From an uncultured Solirubrobacterales bacterium (lineage in GTDB: Bacteria > Actinomycetota > Thermoleophilia > Solirubrobacterales > 70-9): DNA of 64,000 bases. Location of the stretch: the NCBI GenBank assembly GCA_963715625.1, contig OY970260.1, positions 2,439,520 to 2,503,519 on the forward strand. Direction: 5' to 3'. Made by a program: the position numbers and the translations under genes. Positions 19,028-27,177 of this stretch are shown piece after piece (the stretch's first letter is position 1; each line of letters begins with the position of its first letter). The notes below the pieces were generated by a model. It was not told the origin of the DNA. It was given only the letters and a program-made list of their open reading frames with translations, and did not search any database.

Positions 19028-19591
19028 ATGTCCATTAGCACGAATCAGTTCAAGAACGGCTCGCACATCGAGATCGACGGGACGATCTTCCGCATCCTCG
19101 AGTTCCAGCACGTCAAGCCCGGCAAGGGCGGGGCCTTCGTGCGGACCAAGCTGCGCAAGATCGAGGACGGCTCGGTGCAGGACAAGACCTTCCGCGCCGG
19201 GGAGAAGTTCCGGCCGGTGCGAACCGAATCGCGCAAGATGCAGTACCTCTACGACTCCGGCGACGCCGCGGTCTTCATGGACAGCCGCGACTTCGAGCAG
19301 ATCGAGATCCCGCGCGCGCTCGCCGGCGACTCGATGCAGTGGGTGCTGCCCAACGCCGAGGTCGACGTGCTCTTCGTCGACGAGCGCCCCAGCGACGTGC
19401 AGGTGGCGAGCGCGATCGAGATGAAGGTGACCCAGACCGAGCCCGGCGTCAAGGGCGACACCGCTTCGGGAGGCGGCAACAAGTCGGCCACCCTGGAGTC
19501 CGGCGTCGTCGTCCAGGTCCCCCTCTTCATCGAGGAGGGCGAGACGGTCCGCGTCGACACTCGCAGCGGCGAGTACGTTTCGCGCGCGTAG
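19028..19591 (+). CDS. efp: elongation factor P
   Basis: MSISTNQFKNGSHIEIDG...FQHVKPGKGGAFVRTKLR typical EF-P; ATG 19028 preferred over TTG 19016. Confidence 0.93.
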   Translation: MSISTNQFKNGSHIEIDGTIFRILEFQHVKPGKGGAFVRTKLRKIEDGSVQDKTFRAGEKFRPVRTESRKMQYLYDSGDAAVFMDSRDFEQIEIPRALAGDSMQWVLPNAEVDVLFVDERPSDVQVASAIEMKVTQTEPGVKGDTASGGGNKSATLESGVVVQVPLFIEEGETVRVDTRSGEYVSRA

Positions 19592-19630
19592 CGCTCGGCC
19601 GACCGGCGGAAGCGCGAGAATAAGAAACCC

Positions 19631-20011
19631 ATGCGTAGGTCCGACCAGCGCCGCGACGCCGTCTTCGCCTGCTACCAGCGTGACGTGACCGGGCGCCCGC
19701 TGGAGGAGCTGGTGGCAGAGTCGCGTCCCTTCACGCGCGAGCTGGCGGCCGGGGTCGAGGCGCACCGCGACGAGCTCGACGCGGCGATCGCCGCCCACGC
19801 CAAGGGCTGGGAGCTGGAGCGGATCGCGCCGCTGGAGCGCAACGCGATGCGGGTGGCGCTGTATGAGATCGAGCACTCCGGCGACGTGCCGACCGAGGTG
19901 GCGATCGACGAGGCGGTCGAGATCGCCAAGGAGTACTGCGGCGCCGACGCGCCGGGCTTCGTCAACGGCGTGCTCGGCGCGATCGCGCGGGAGCGGGAGG
20001 GCGTCCGGTGA
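19631..20011 (+). CDS. nusB: transcription antitermination factor NusB
   Basis: NusB fold motifs (ERIAPLERNAMRVALYE, VAIDEAVEIAKEY, FVNGVLG); follows efp. Confidence 0.88.
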   Translation: MRRSDQRRDAVFACYQRDVTGRPLEELVAESRPFTRELAAGVEAHRDELDAAIAAHAKGWELERIAPLERNAMRVALYEIEHSGDVPTEVAIDEAVEIAKEYCGADAPGFVNGVLGAIAREREGVR

Positions 20012-20208
20012 GCGCGGAGCGAGCAGGCGCGCAGGTGAGCCGGCTGCGCGAGATCTCCGAGCGGCTGCGCGCGATCGCCGCCGAGCTCGAGGGCGGTGAG
20101 GCCGGCGACGCCCGGGCCGCCGAGCTGGCGAACGAGGCGGCCGAGCTCTCGGCCGAGGCGGTCGAGGAGGCGAACCGGCGCATCCGCGAGAGCGAGGCCT
20201 CGGCGTGA
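20008..20208 (+). CDS. small helical protein, possibly exodeoxyribonuclease VII small subunit-like
   Basis: 66 aa; LREISERLRAIAAELEGGE pattern resembles XseB; sits immediately upstream of ispA-dxs where xseB lies in Bacillus; no xseA present. Confidence 0.4.
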   Translation: MSAERAGAQVSRLREISERLRAIAAELEGGEAGDARAAELANEAAELSAEAVEEANRRIRESEASA

Positions 20209-20216
20209 CCGGCCCG

Positions 20217-20263
20217 TTCCGGTGCGCCTTTTCCCCGAATAGCCCGGATAAGGCGCACCGGAA
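20217..20263. repeat. hairpin repeat, family 2, copy A
   Basis: TTCCGGTGCGCCTT (20217..20230) pairs with AAGGCGCACCGGAA (20250..20263), 19-nt loop; related to 37636..37684 and 60861..60909. Confidence 0.8.
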
Positions 20264-20266
20264 GCC

Positions 20267-21130
20267 GTGAGCTACCCGGAAGACCTGCGCTCCTTGGTCG
20301 ACGCTGAGCTGGAGCGGCTTCGCTTCGCCGGGGCCGGCCCGACCGCCGGCCTGGAGGAGGCGATGCGCTACTCGCTGCTGGCCGGCGGCAAGCGCGTGCG
20401 GCCCGTCCTGACGCTGGCGACGGCGCGGGCGCTCGGGGCGGATCCCGCACGCTTCCTGCCGGTCGCCTGCGCGATCGAGCTGATCCACACCTACTCGCTG
20501 ATCCACGACGACCTGCCGGCGATGGACGACGACGAGCTGCGACGCGGCCAGCCCACCTCCCACGTCAAGTTCGGCGAGGACGTGGCGATCCTCGCTGGCG
20601 ATGGGCTCTTCGCCGAGGCGGTGCGACTCTTCTGCGAGCAGCCGGGCGAGCCGGCCCGGGTGCTGGCGGCCCTGCGCGAGCTGAGCTCTGCGACTGGCGT
20701 CAAGGGGATGGTCGGCGGCCAGTACGTCGACGTCGTCGGCGGCCGGCGCGACGCGGAGGAGCTGCGGGCGCTGCACGCGCTGAAGACCGGCAGCCTGATC
20801 GCCGCCGGGGTCGGCGTCGTGCTCGCCATCGAGGGGCTGGGCGAACCTGAGACAATCCCCTATCGCCGGTTCGCCAGCGAGCTGGGCGTTCTCTTCCAGA
20901 TCGTCGACGACATCCTCGACGTGACCGGGAGCGACGAGCGGCTCGGCAAGCCGCGCGGAAGCGACGAGCGACATGGCAAACTCACATACGTCAGCCACTT
21001 CGGCCTCGAGCGGGCGCGCCAGCTCGCTGCCGAGTCCCACGCGAAAGCGGTCGAATCCCTTGACGAAGCCGCCGGCGACACCTCCGACCTGCGGCGGGTA
21101 GCCGACTACATCTTCACCAGGAACGAATGA
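20267..21130 (+). CDS. ispA: polyprenyl (farnesyl/geranylgeranyl) diphosphate synthase
   Basis: First and second Asp-rich motifs IHDDLPAMDDDELRRG and FQIVDDILD. Confidence 0.87.
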   Translation: MSYPEDLRSLVDAELERLRFAGAGPTAGLEEAMRYSLLAGGKRVRPVLTLATARALGADPARFLPVACAIELIHTYSLIHDDLPAMDDDELRRGQPTSHVKFGEDVAILAGDGLFAEAVRLFCEQPGEPARVLAALRELSSATGVKGMVGGQYVDVVGGRRDAEELRALHALKTGSLIAAGVGVVLAIEGLGEPETIPYRRFASELGVLFQIVDDILDVTGSDERLGKPRGSDERHGKLTYVSHFGLERARQLAAESHAKAVESLDEAAGDTSDLRRVADYIFTRNE

Positions 21131-23217
21131 GCGACAACGGAAACGCAGCAGATCGCCAGGGGGGCGCGCCGCGCCTGCTCGAGGGCATCGACGGGCCCGC
21201 AGACCTGCACGGCCTCGACGAGGCCCAGCTGCAGCAGGTGGCGCAGGAGATGCGCGGCTACATCATCGACACGATCGGGGAGATCGGCGGTCACTTCGGC
21301 GCCAACCTCGGTACCTGCGAGCTGGCCGTGGCGCTGCACAGCCTGCTCGACTCCCCGCGCGACAAGGTGCTCTGGGACGTCGGCCACCAAGCATACCCGC
21401 ACAAGATCCTCACCGGCCGCCACGAGGGGCTGCCGACGATCCGCCAGTACGGCGGCCTCGCCCCGTTCTGCTCGGTCTTCGAGTCCGAGCACGACATCAT
21501 GGGCGCCGGGCACGCCTCGACCTCGATCGGCTACGCGGTCGGCTTGAAGGAGGCGATGCGCAAGGGCATCGGCGAGGACGGAAAGGTGGCCGCCGTAATC
21601 GGCGATGGGGCGCTGACCGGCGGCGTCGCCTACGAGGCGCTGCACGCGGCCGGCGGCCTGCAGACGCCGGTCGTGATCGTGCTCAACGACAACGGCATGT
21701 CGATCTCGCCGAACGTCGGGGCGCTCTCGCGCTACTTCAACCGGGTGCGGCTCAACCCCCGCCTCTACCACGCCCGCGAGGGGGTCGAGGACCGGCTCAC
21801 CAAGCTGCCGCTCGGCCTCGGCCGGCGGATTGAACGGCTCGGGCCTGAGATCAAGTCGGCGATCAAGGCCTACTGGGCGCCCGGCCTCTTCTTCGAGGAG
21901 CTCGACCTCGCCTATATAGGCGTGATCGACGGGCACGACGTGCGCGCGCTGCGCAACGCCCTGCGCGAGGCCTTCGAGGCCGACCGCCCGGTGATCGTCC
22001 ACATCCACACGGTCAAGGGCAAGGGCTTCTCCCCGGCCGAGGAGGGCGGCCTCGAGGGCATGGAGAAATGGCACGCCGCCAAGCCCAAATCCATCGTCAA
22101 CGGCGCCCCCGCCCCCCAACAGCCCGCCGACGGGCCTCAAAGGAGACATATAGGCGTATCTGAGGCCCATCGGCGGGTGGTTGGGGTGCAGGAGTCGGAT
22201 TCGCCGGAGGGGATTGCGCCAGAGCGGCTGGAGGTGCCGCCGGCGCCGAGCGCGCCGCCCCAGTACACGCAGGTCTTCGGCGACGCGATCGTCGCCGAAG
22301 CGCGGCGCGACCCGCGGGTGATCGGAATCACCGCGGCGATGGCGGGGGGGACGGGCCTGCAGAAGCTCGCCGACGAGGTGCCCGGGCAGTACTACGACGT
22401 CGGCATCGCCGAGCAGAACGCGGTGCTGCTCGCCTCGGGCCTGGCGATCCAGGGCGCGAAGCCCGTATGCGCGATCTACTCGACCTTCCTCCAGCGCGCC
22501 TACGACCAGATCATCCACGACGTCTGCCTGCAGGAGCTCGACGTGACCTTCGCGATGGACCGCGCCGGCCTGGTCGGCGACGACGGGCCGACCCACCACG
22601 GCGCCTTCGACGTTTCCTACTTCCGCCCGATCCCCAACGTCGTCGTGATGGCGCCGCGCGACGAGGCGATGCTGGTCCACATGCTGCGCACGGCGATCGC
22701 CCACGACGGGCCGGCGGCGCTGCGCTACCCGCGCGGCGCGGCCGAGGGGGCGGAGCTGCCGGCGGAAGCGCAGGCGATCCCGATCGGCAGCGGCGAGCTG
22801 CTGGCGAGCGGCGAGCGGGTGGCGCTGCTCGGCTACGGCTACGGGGTGGCGGTGGCGCTCGAGGCCGCCGCGATCCTCGCCGAGCACGGGCTCGAGGCGA
22901 CGGTGGCCGACGCCCGCTTCGCCAAGCCGCTCGACGGCGAGCTGGCCGAGCGGCTCGCGCGCGAGCACGAGCTGGTCGTGACGATCGAGGAGAACGTCCT
23001 GCCGGGCGGCTTCGGCTCGGCGGTGCTGGAGCACCTGGAGGACGCCTTCGCCGAGCACCAGGGCGACCGCGCCCAGGTCATGCGCGCCGGCCTCCCAGAC
23101 CGCTACGTGACCCACGGCAAGCCGGCTCTGCTGCGCGAGGAGGCAGGTCTGACCGGCGAGGCGGTTGCCCAGCGGGTCCTCGCATCGCTGCGCTCCGGCG
23201 AGCCCGCCCTGAGCTGA
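21127..23217 (+). CDS. dxs: 1-deoxy-D-xylulose-5-phosphate synthase (with extended inter-domain linker)
   Basis: GGHFGANLG, GHQAYPHKILTGR, GDGALTGG, IAEQNAV motifs; 696 aa, longer than usual owing to an insert around 22090..22260. Confidence 0.92.
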   Translation: MSDNGNAADRQGGAPRLLEGIDGPADLHGLDEAQLQQVAQEMRGYIIDTIGEIGGHFGANLGTCELAVALHSLLDSPRDKVLWDVGHQAYPHKILTGRHEGLPTIRQYGGLAPFCSVFESEHDIMGAGHASTSIGYAVGLKEAMRKGIGEDGKVAAVIGDGALTGGVAYEALHAAGGLQTPVVIVLNDNGMSISPNVGALSRYFNRVRLNPRLYHAREGVEDRLTKLPLGLGRRIERLGPEIKSAIKAYWAPGLFFEELDLAYIGVIDGHDVRALRNALREAFEADRPVIVHIHTVKGKGFSPAEEGGLEGMEKWHAAKPKSIVNGAPAPQQPADGPQRRHIGVSEAHRRVVGVQESDSPEGIAPERLEVPPAPSAPPQYTQVFGDAIVAEARRDPRVIGITAAMAGGTGLQKLADEVPGQYYDVGIAEQNAVLLASGLAIQGAKPVCAIYSTFLQRAYDQIIHDVCLQELDVTFAMDRAGLVGDDGPTHHGAFDVSYFRPIPNVVVMAPRDEAMLVHMLRTAIAHDGPAALRYPRGAAEGAELPAEAQAIPIGSGELLASGERVALLGYGYGVAVALEAAAILAEHGLEATVADARFAKPLDGELAERLAREHELVVTIEENVLPGGFGSAVLEHLEDAFAEHQGDRAQVMRAGLPDRYVTHGKPALLREEAGLTGEAVAQRVLASLRSGEPALS

Positions 23218-23280
23218 TCCGCCCAGCGTGCGGCCGAGCTTGCGTCAATTCGCTCAATCGGCTAGTCTCCCGGCGTCTCT

Positions 23281-23330
23281 TCTGGGGTTGCTAGAGGGAG
23301 GAGAGACATCTCTATGCATGTGGCTCCGCA
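23281..23330 (+). repeat. imperfect direct repeat DR-A (partner 27654..27705)
   Basis: About 42 matching positions, 4 mismatches and 2 short indels against DR-B; contains AGGGAGGAGAGA plus a small palindrome AGAGA..TCTCT. Confidence 0.6.
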
Positions 23331-23429
23331 CGTAAGGGAGCGTCGTGGATCCACTGCTTTGACCGCGCCGGCGCCGAGAGCGCCGCGTCGCGGTGCCAGA
23401 TCCGCCCGGCGCCGACCTATCCTCCAAGG

Positions 23430-23837
23430 ATGGCTCGAGCCGAATCTCCCGGACCGTCGACGGACGTGCTCTCCCGCGCCGAGCTCTCCGATGCCGAGCG
23501 GCGGACGGTGCTCCGGTTCGTCGATTCGCTTCGCGAAGACCTCGGCGTTGACTTGCGCGCTGTCTGGCTCTACGGCTCTCGTGCCCGCGGCGAACGAGCC
23601 CATCCCGAGTCCGACGTCAACTTGATCGTGATCGCGGATGGGGGGGAGAGGCGCTACGGCGCCAAGGTCAACGACCTCCGCTACGAGGTCGCCGAGGCCG
23701 AGGGCGCAAACCCGGTTGGCTTTTCGGTCCACGTCCACGATCTCGATTGGCTGCGCGGGCGCCGGGAGATTCGCTCCTTCTTCATCCAGGAGGTCGACCG
23801 CGACAAGCTCGTCCTCGCCGGAAGCGCGCTGGAATGA
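23430..23837 (+). CDS. nucleotidyltransferase-domain protein (MNT-type antitoxin-like)
   Basis: Minimal NTase motif LYGSRARGE...SDVNLIVI; ATGA overlap with downstream HEPN gene. Confidence 0.75.
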   Translation: MARAESPGPSTDVLSRAELSDAERRTVLRFVDSLREDLGVDLRAVWLYGSRARGERAHPESDVNLIVIADGGERRYGAKVNDLRYEVAEAEGANPVGFSVHVHDLDWLRGRREIRSFFIQEVDRDKLVLAGSALE

Positions 23838-24208
23838 GCCCCCGCTCGAAAGAGTTCATGGACGAAGCGCGTGATCGAGCGAAGGCCGCCCGGGAGCTGG
23901 TCGCGTCCGGTCATGCCGGCGCGGCGATAAGCACCGCCTACTACGCGATGCTCTACGCGGCGCGCGCCGCCCTCTCCGAGCGCGATGAGTACGCGAAGAC
24001 CCACAGCGGAACATGGACCCTGTTCAGCGAGCGGTTCGTGGCGACAGGCGCCTTCGACCGGGATCTCTACAAGTTCACCGGCCGCGCCCAGGAGGCGCGC
24101 CAGAAAGGCGACTACGAGGCCGCACCGCTCTCGGGCGAGCTCGCCACTGAGCTCATCGATGTGGCTGAGCGGTTCATTGCTGCCGTCGAGCACATGCTCG
24201 ACGTTTAG
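23834..24208 (+). CDS. HEPN-domain protein (toxin-like partner of MNT)
   Basis: AISTAYYAMLYAARA ... EARQKGDYE, typical HEPN helices and R..(G/A)DY motif; start ATG 23834 overlaps MNT stop. Confidence 0.75.
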   Translation: MSPRSKEFMDEARDRAKAARELVASGHAGAAISTAYYAMLYAARAALSERDEYAKTHSGTWTLFSERFVATGAFDRDLYKFTGRAQEARQKGDYEAAPLSGELATELIDVAERFIAAVEHMLDV

Positions 24209-24211
24209 TCC

Positions 24212-24655
24212 TCACTGTGGGGCGCTGCGAGGCTGGCGAAGGCGGATCGCAAGTCCGGCAAGCAGGTAGGCGATTGCCACCGCTAGGAAGAGGAACTTGA
24301 GGGAGGCGAAGATCGTCGCCAGAAGGGGAAACGCGGCCCCGGCGCCGTCGAGCGTCAGCAGCAGGCAGATGTTCTCGAGCGCGTCGAAGGCGGCTCCCAG
24401 CGCGCCGAAGGAGACCACGACCCGGCCGATTGCACCGAGCCGTTGCCAGCCCCGCCGGATCGCGAGGTCCCGAGTCGCCGCCAGGGCCAGGGTGAGGAAG
24501 GTCCCGTAGGCGGGCAGGAAGCCGAAGTCGATCCAGAGCGACTCGCGAGCCGCGTCCTTGCCGTCCTCGCCCCATTCGGCGAGGATCTCGTCGGCCCGGT
24601 CCTGACCGCCGGTCAGCTCGAAGGGGATCATCCCCGGGCCGCCGGTGTCCTTCAT
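24212..24655 (-). CDS. hypothetical membrane protein (~148 aa)
   Basis: ATG at 24655; 3-4 hydrophobic helices; the upstream part of the 288-aa ORF looks non-coding. Confidence 0.45.
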   Translation of the reverse strand: MKDTGGPGMIPFELTGGQDRADEILAEWGEDGKDAARESLWIDFGFLPAYGTFLTLALAATRDLAIRRGWQRLGAIGRVVVSFGALGAAFDALENICLLLTLDGAGAAFPLLATIFASLKFLFLAVAIAYLLAGLAIRLRQPRSAPQ

Positions 24656-24796
24656 CCGGCCTCGGCAGGCGACATCGCCAGGAGCAGGAGCAGGCTCGCG
24701 ATTCCCGACACGACCAGCCCCCGCCTGCGAGTCATGCGCGGCATTATCGCCGCCGGTTCGGCGCCTCGGCGCACCGAGCATTGCGATACTGCCGGC

Positions 24797-25226
24797 TTGA
24801 CTGGCGAGGGAGTCGAAATACGTCGCTGCCGGCATGAGGACGCGCCGGCGGTCTTGGAGCTCTGGGCCCAGGCCAGGAGCGAGCACGCATCGACGGCCGA
24901 CCGCCTGGACGACGTTCGAGCGCCTGGTCGACGACTCCCCGGCTGCCCTCCTCGTCGCGGAGCGCGACGGCGAGGTCGTCGGTGCGCTGATCGCCGGCTG
25001 GGACGGTTGGCGAGGGAACATGTACCGGCTTGCCGTCCGTGAGGGGCTGAGACGGCAGGGCATCGGGATCGCGCTCACGCGTGCCGGAGAGGACTATCTG
25101 CGGACTTGCGGCGTTCGCCGGGTAACCGCCCTGGTCGCCTTCGACGACGACGCGGCCGGAGCGTTCTGGGAAGCCGCCGGCTACCCCCAGGACCGGGAGA
25201 TCGGCCGCCGGGTTCGCAACCTGTAG
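24797..25226 (+). pseudogene. GNAT family N-acetyltransferase with an apparent frameshift near 24915..24920
   Basis: N-terminal part (VEIRRCRHEDAPAVLELWAQARSEHASTADRLDDV) is in the 24443 frame; the rest (ERLVDDSPAALLVAERDGEVVGALI..LAVREGLRRQGIG) is in the 24834 frame. Confidence 0.55.
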
Positions 25227-25855
25227 GCCAAGACACAACAAAAGCGCCCCGTCGGGGGCGCGGAGCATCTTCTCGAAGCCGAAGCTACGCGCTCAGGGCG
25301 GGTGTCAGCTCGGCAGCAGGTACAGCGCTCGGTACCGGCACGGTGATCCGCAACTCGCCCTCTCGCTCCAGCAGCCGTTTGGGTCGGACCAGGGTCAGGC
25401 CGACCAGCTCGCCATTGCTGTCGAAGCGGACCGCGTGGCCCTCCGGCGTCTCGTCGTAGTCGACGGCCCGCGAGGGGTCGCCGACGTGGAGGTAGAGCAC
25501 ATCGGCGTCGGCGTCGTACTCGACGCGATCGAAAGTGATGTCCGCGATCGTCACGCTCATGGCTTCCTTCGCCGGGCGAACGCCGGGCGAATGCAGTGAT
25601 GATACGCCCGCGCTCCGCGCTGTCGAAGACCACGACGACCTTCAGCCACCGGCTCGGGCCAGCTCCCTCCAGATAGAGCCACTCTTCGTCGGGCTCGCGG
25701 CCTGGTAGAGCCGCCGTCGGCGGCTCTACCGCGCGGTGGATCTCCTTCGCGTAGATCTCGATCTCGGGATGGCCACTGACGATGTGCTGCCAGCGCTCGG
25801 GGTTGAGCAGAACGTCACGGCCCTGGCGGTCTCGGATTTTCTGGGGCTTGTCCAT
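25181..25855 (-). CDS. small toxin-like protein upstream of DUF2283; 3' end frameshifted by an 11-bp tandem duplication
   Basis: First ~95 aa look native (LLNPERWQHIVSGHPEIE...KVVVVFD...RIITAFARR); thereafter an Arg-rich read-through overlaps the DUF2283 gene; duplication CGCCGGGCGAA x2 at 25570..25591. Confidence 0.5.
   Translation of the reverse strand: MDKPQKIRDRQGRDVLLNPERWQHIVSGHPEIEIYAKEIHRAVEPPTAALPGREPDEEWLYLEGAGPSRWLKVVVVFDSAERGRIITAFARRSPGEGSHERDDRGHHFRSRRVRRRRRCALPPRRRPLAGRRLRRDAGGPRGPLRQQWRAGRPDPGPTQTAAGARGRVADHRAGTERCTCCRADTRPERVASASRRCSAPPTGRFCCVLAYRLRTRRPISRSWG
25285..25560 (-). CDS. DUF2283-family small protein
   Basis: VEYDADADVLYLHV...DSNGELVGLTL pattern typical of DUF2283. 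Confidence 0.7.
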   Translation of the reverse strand: MSVTIADITFDRVEYDADADVLYLHVGDPSRAVDYDETPEGHAVRFDSNGELVGLTLVRPKRLLEREGELRITVPVPSAVPAAELTPALSA

Positions 25856-25894
25856 TGCGCGGGGTGGACCATCCCGAGTTCCACGGAGACCGGT

Positions 25895-26878
25895 TTATGT
25901 GGCTTCGGTGTCCTGCAACGTGACGCTATCCGGTAGAGGCTCGGGTTGCTCGCCCGCTGCCCGGCGGAGCGAGCCCGTAGGGCGAGTGGAGCCGGGCAGC
26001 GGCGCGGCGGCTACCCGCTCGGCGTAGTCCTGCTCGAACTCGACTGGCGGGATGTCACCGATCGAGGAGTGAAGGCGGTCGTGGTTGAACCAGCTCACCC
26101 ACTCGACGATCGCCAGCTCGGCCTGCTCGACCGAGCGCCAGGTGCGCTCGGCGATTAGCTCGGTCTTGAAGGAGTCGACGAAGCTCTCGGCGAGGGCGTT
26201 GTCGTATGCGTCCCCGGTCGACCCCAGGGAGCCGAGCACGTCGTTGTCGTCGAGCTCCTGGGTGAACTCGGCCGAGGTGTACTGCGAGCCGCGATCGGAG
26301 TGGTGCACGAGGGCGACGTCGGCGCCGGGGGAGCGCAGCCCCAGAGCCATCCGCAGCGCGTCGAGGACGAGGTCGGTACGCATGTTGGTGGCCAGTTGCC
26401 AGCCGACGACCATGCGGGAGAAGACGTCGATCACGAAGCTGAAGAAGACCACCCCCTCCCAGGTGCGCAGGTGGGTGAAGTCCGCGACCCAAAGGCGGTT
26501 CGGGGCCTCGGCGGTGAAGTCGCGATCGACCAGGTCGGGCTTTCGCTTGCCCTCGGGAACCGGCGTTGTGGTGCGCCACGGCTTGCCGCGGCGCTTGGCC
26601 CCCTGGATGCCGTTTCGCGCCATCAGCCGCTCCACGGCGCAGCGGGCGCACTCGATGCCCTGCCGGCGCAGCTCCTTCCAGGTGCGCCGCGATCCGTAGG
26701 CCTCGTAGTTGGCAGCGTGGACCCGCTTGATCTCGGCGAGCAGGCGCTCGTCGGAGACCTCGCGCGCCGAGCGCTCGCCCTTCGCCCGCTCGTAGTAGGC
26801 GGAGGCCGACACCTCGAGGACGCTGCAGATCGGCTCGACCCCGAAGTCAGAGCGGCGCTCTTGGATGAACGCGCTCAC
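25895..26878 (-). CDS. IS3 transposase OrfB (integrase/rve catalytic core)
   Basis: DDE/rve motifs (WVADFTHL, HHSDRGSQYTS, DNALAESF); GTG overlaps orfA stop in -1 frame. Confidence 0.88.
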   Translation of the reverse strand: MSAFIQERRSDFGVEPICSVLEVSASAYYERAKGERSAREVSDERLLAEIKRVHAANYEAYGSRRTWKELRRQGIECARCAVERLMARNGIQGAKRRGKPWRTTTPVPEGKRKPDLVDRDFTAEAPNRLWVADFTHLRTWEGVVFFSFVIDVFSRMVVGWQLATNMRTDLVLDALRMALGLRSPGADVALVHHSDRGSQYTSAEFTQELDDNDVLGSLGSTGDAYDNALAESFVDSFKTELIAERTWRSVEQAELAIVEWVSWFNHDRLHSSIGDIPPVEFEQDYAERVAAAPLPGSTRPTGSLRRAAGEQPEPLPDSVTLQDTEAT

Positions 26879-27177
26879 TTCGGCCGGTGCGGGTCGAGCT
26901 CCTTGGCGAAAAAAACCGAGGCGGCCTTGAGGATCTCGTTGGCGCGCCGCAGCTCCTCGACCTCGCGGTCCAGTTCCTTCAGGCGTTCTCGCTCGTCGCT
27001 GGTGAGCAGGTCGGCCCTCTTGCCCTCGTCGGCTTCTGCCTGGCGGACCCAGCGGCGCAGCGACTCGCGCTGGATGCCGAGGTCCTTGGCGACCTGGGAG
27101 ATCGGGCGGTTGGATTCAAGCGCGAGGCGGACGCCTCGCTCTCGCAACTCGTCGGGGTATTTCCTTTTGGCTGGCAT
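26875..27177 (-). CDS. IS3 transposase OrfA (HTH)
   Basis: MPAKRKYPDELRERGVRL...ISQVAKDLGI...LRRWV plus leucine-zipper-like tail. Confidence 0.85.
   Translation of the reverse strand: MPAKRKYPDELRERGVRLALESNRPISQVAKDLGIQRESLRRWVRQAEADEGKRADLLTSDERERLKELDREVEELRRANEILKAASVFFAKELDPHRPK
26909..26915 (-). promoter_or_regulatory. candidate -1 programmed ribosomal frameshift heptamer (U UUU UUC) for the OrfAB fusion
   Basis: A7 run on + strand; in orfA frame reads gtT TTT TTC; the -1 frame continues open into orfB (FFRQGARPAPAEVSAFIQ). Confidence 0.5.

Noticed and set aside
18905-21040. 711-aa minus-strand ORF
   Set aside because: It lies antisense to efp, nusB, the xseB-like ORF and ispA, all of which have clear motifs. 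Its translation is Arg/Ala/Pro/Gly-rich low complexity, typical of a stop-free antisense frame in very GC-rich DNA.
21106-23115. 669-aa minus-strand ORF
   Set aside because: Antisense to dxs; no motifs; same GC artefact.
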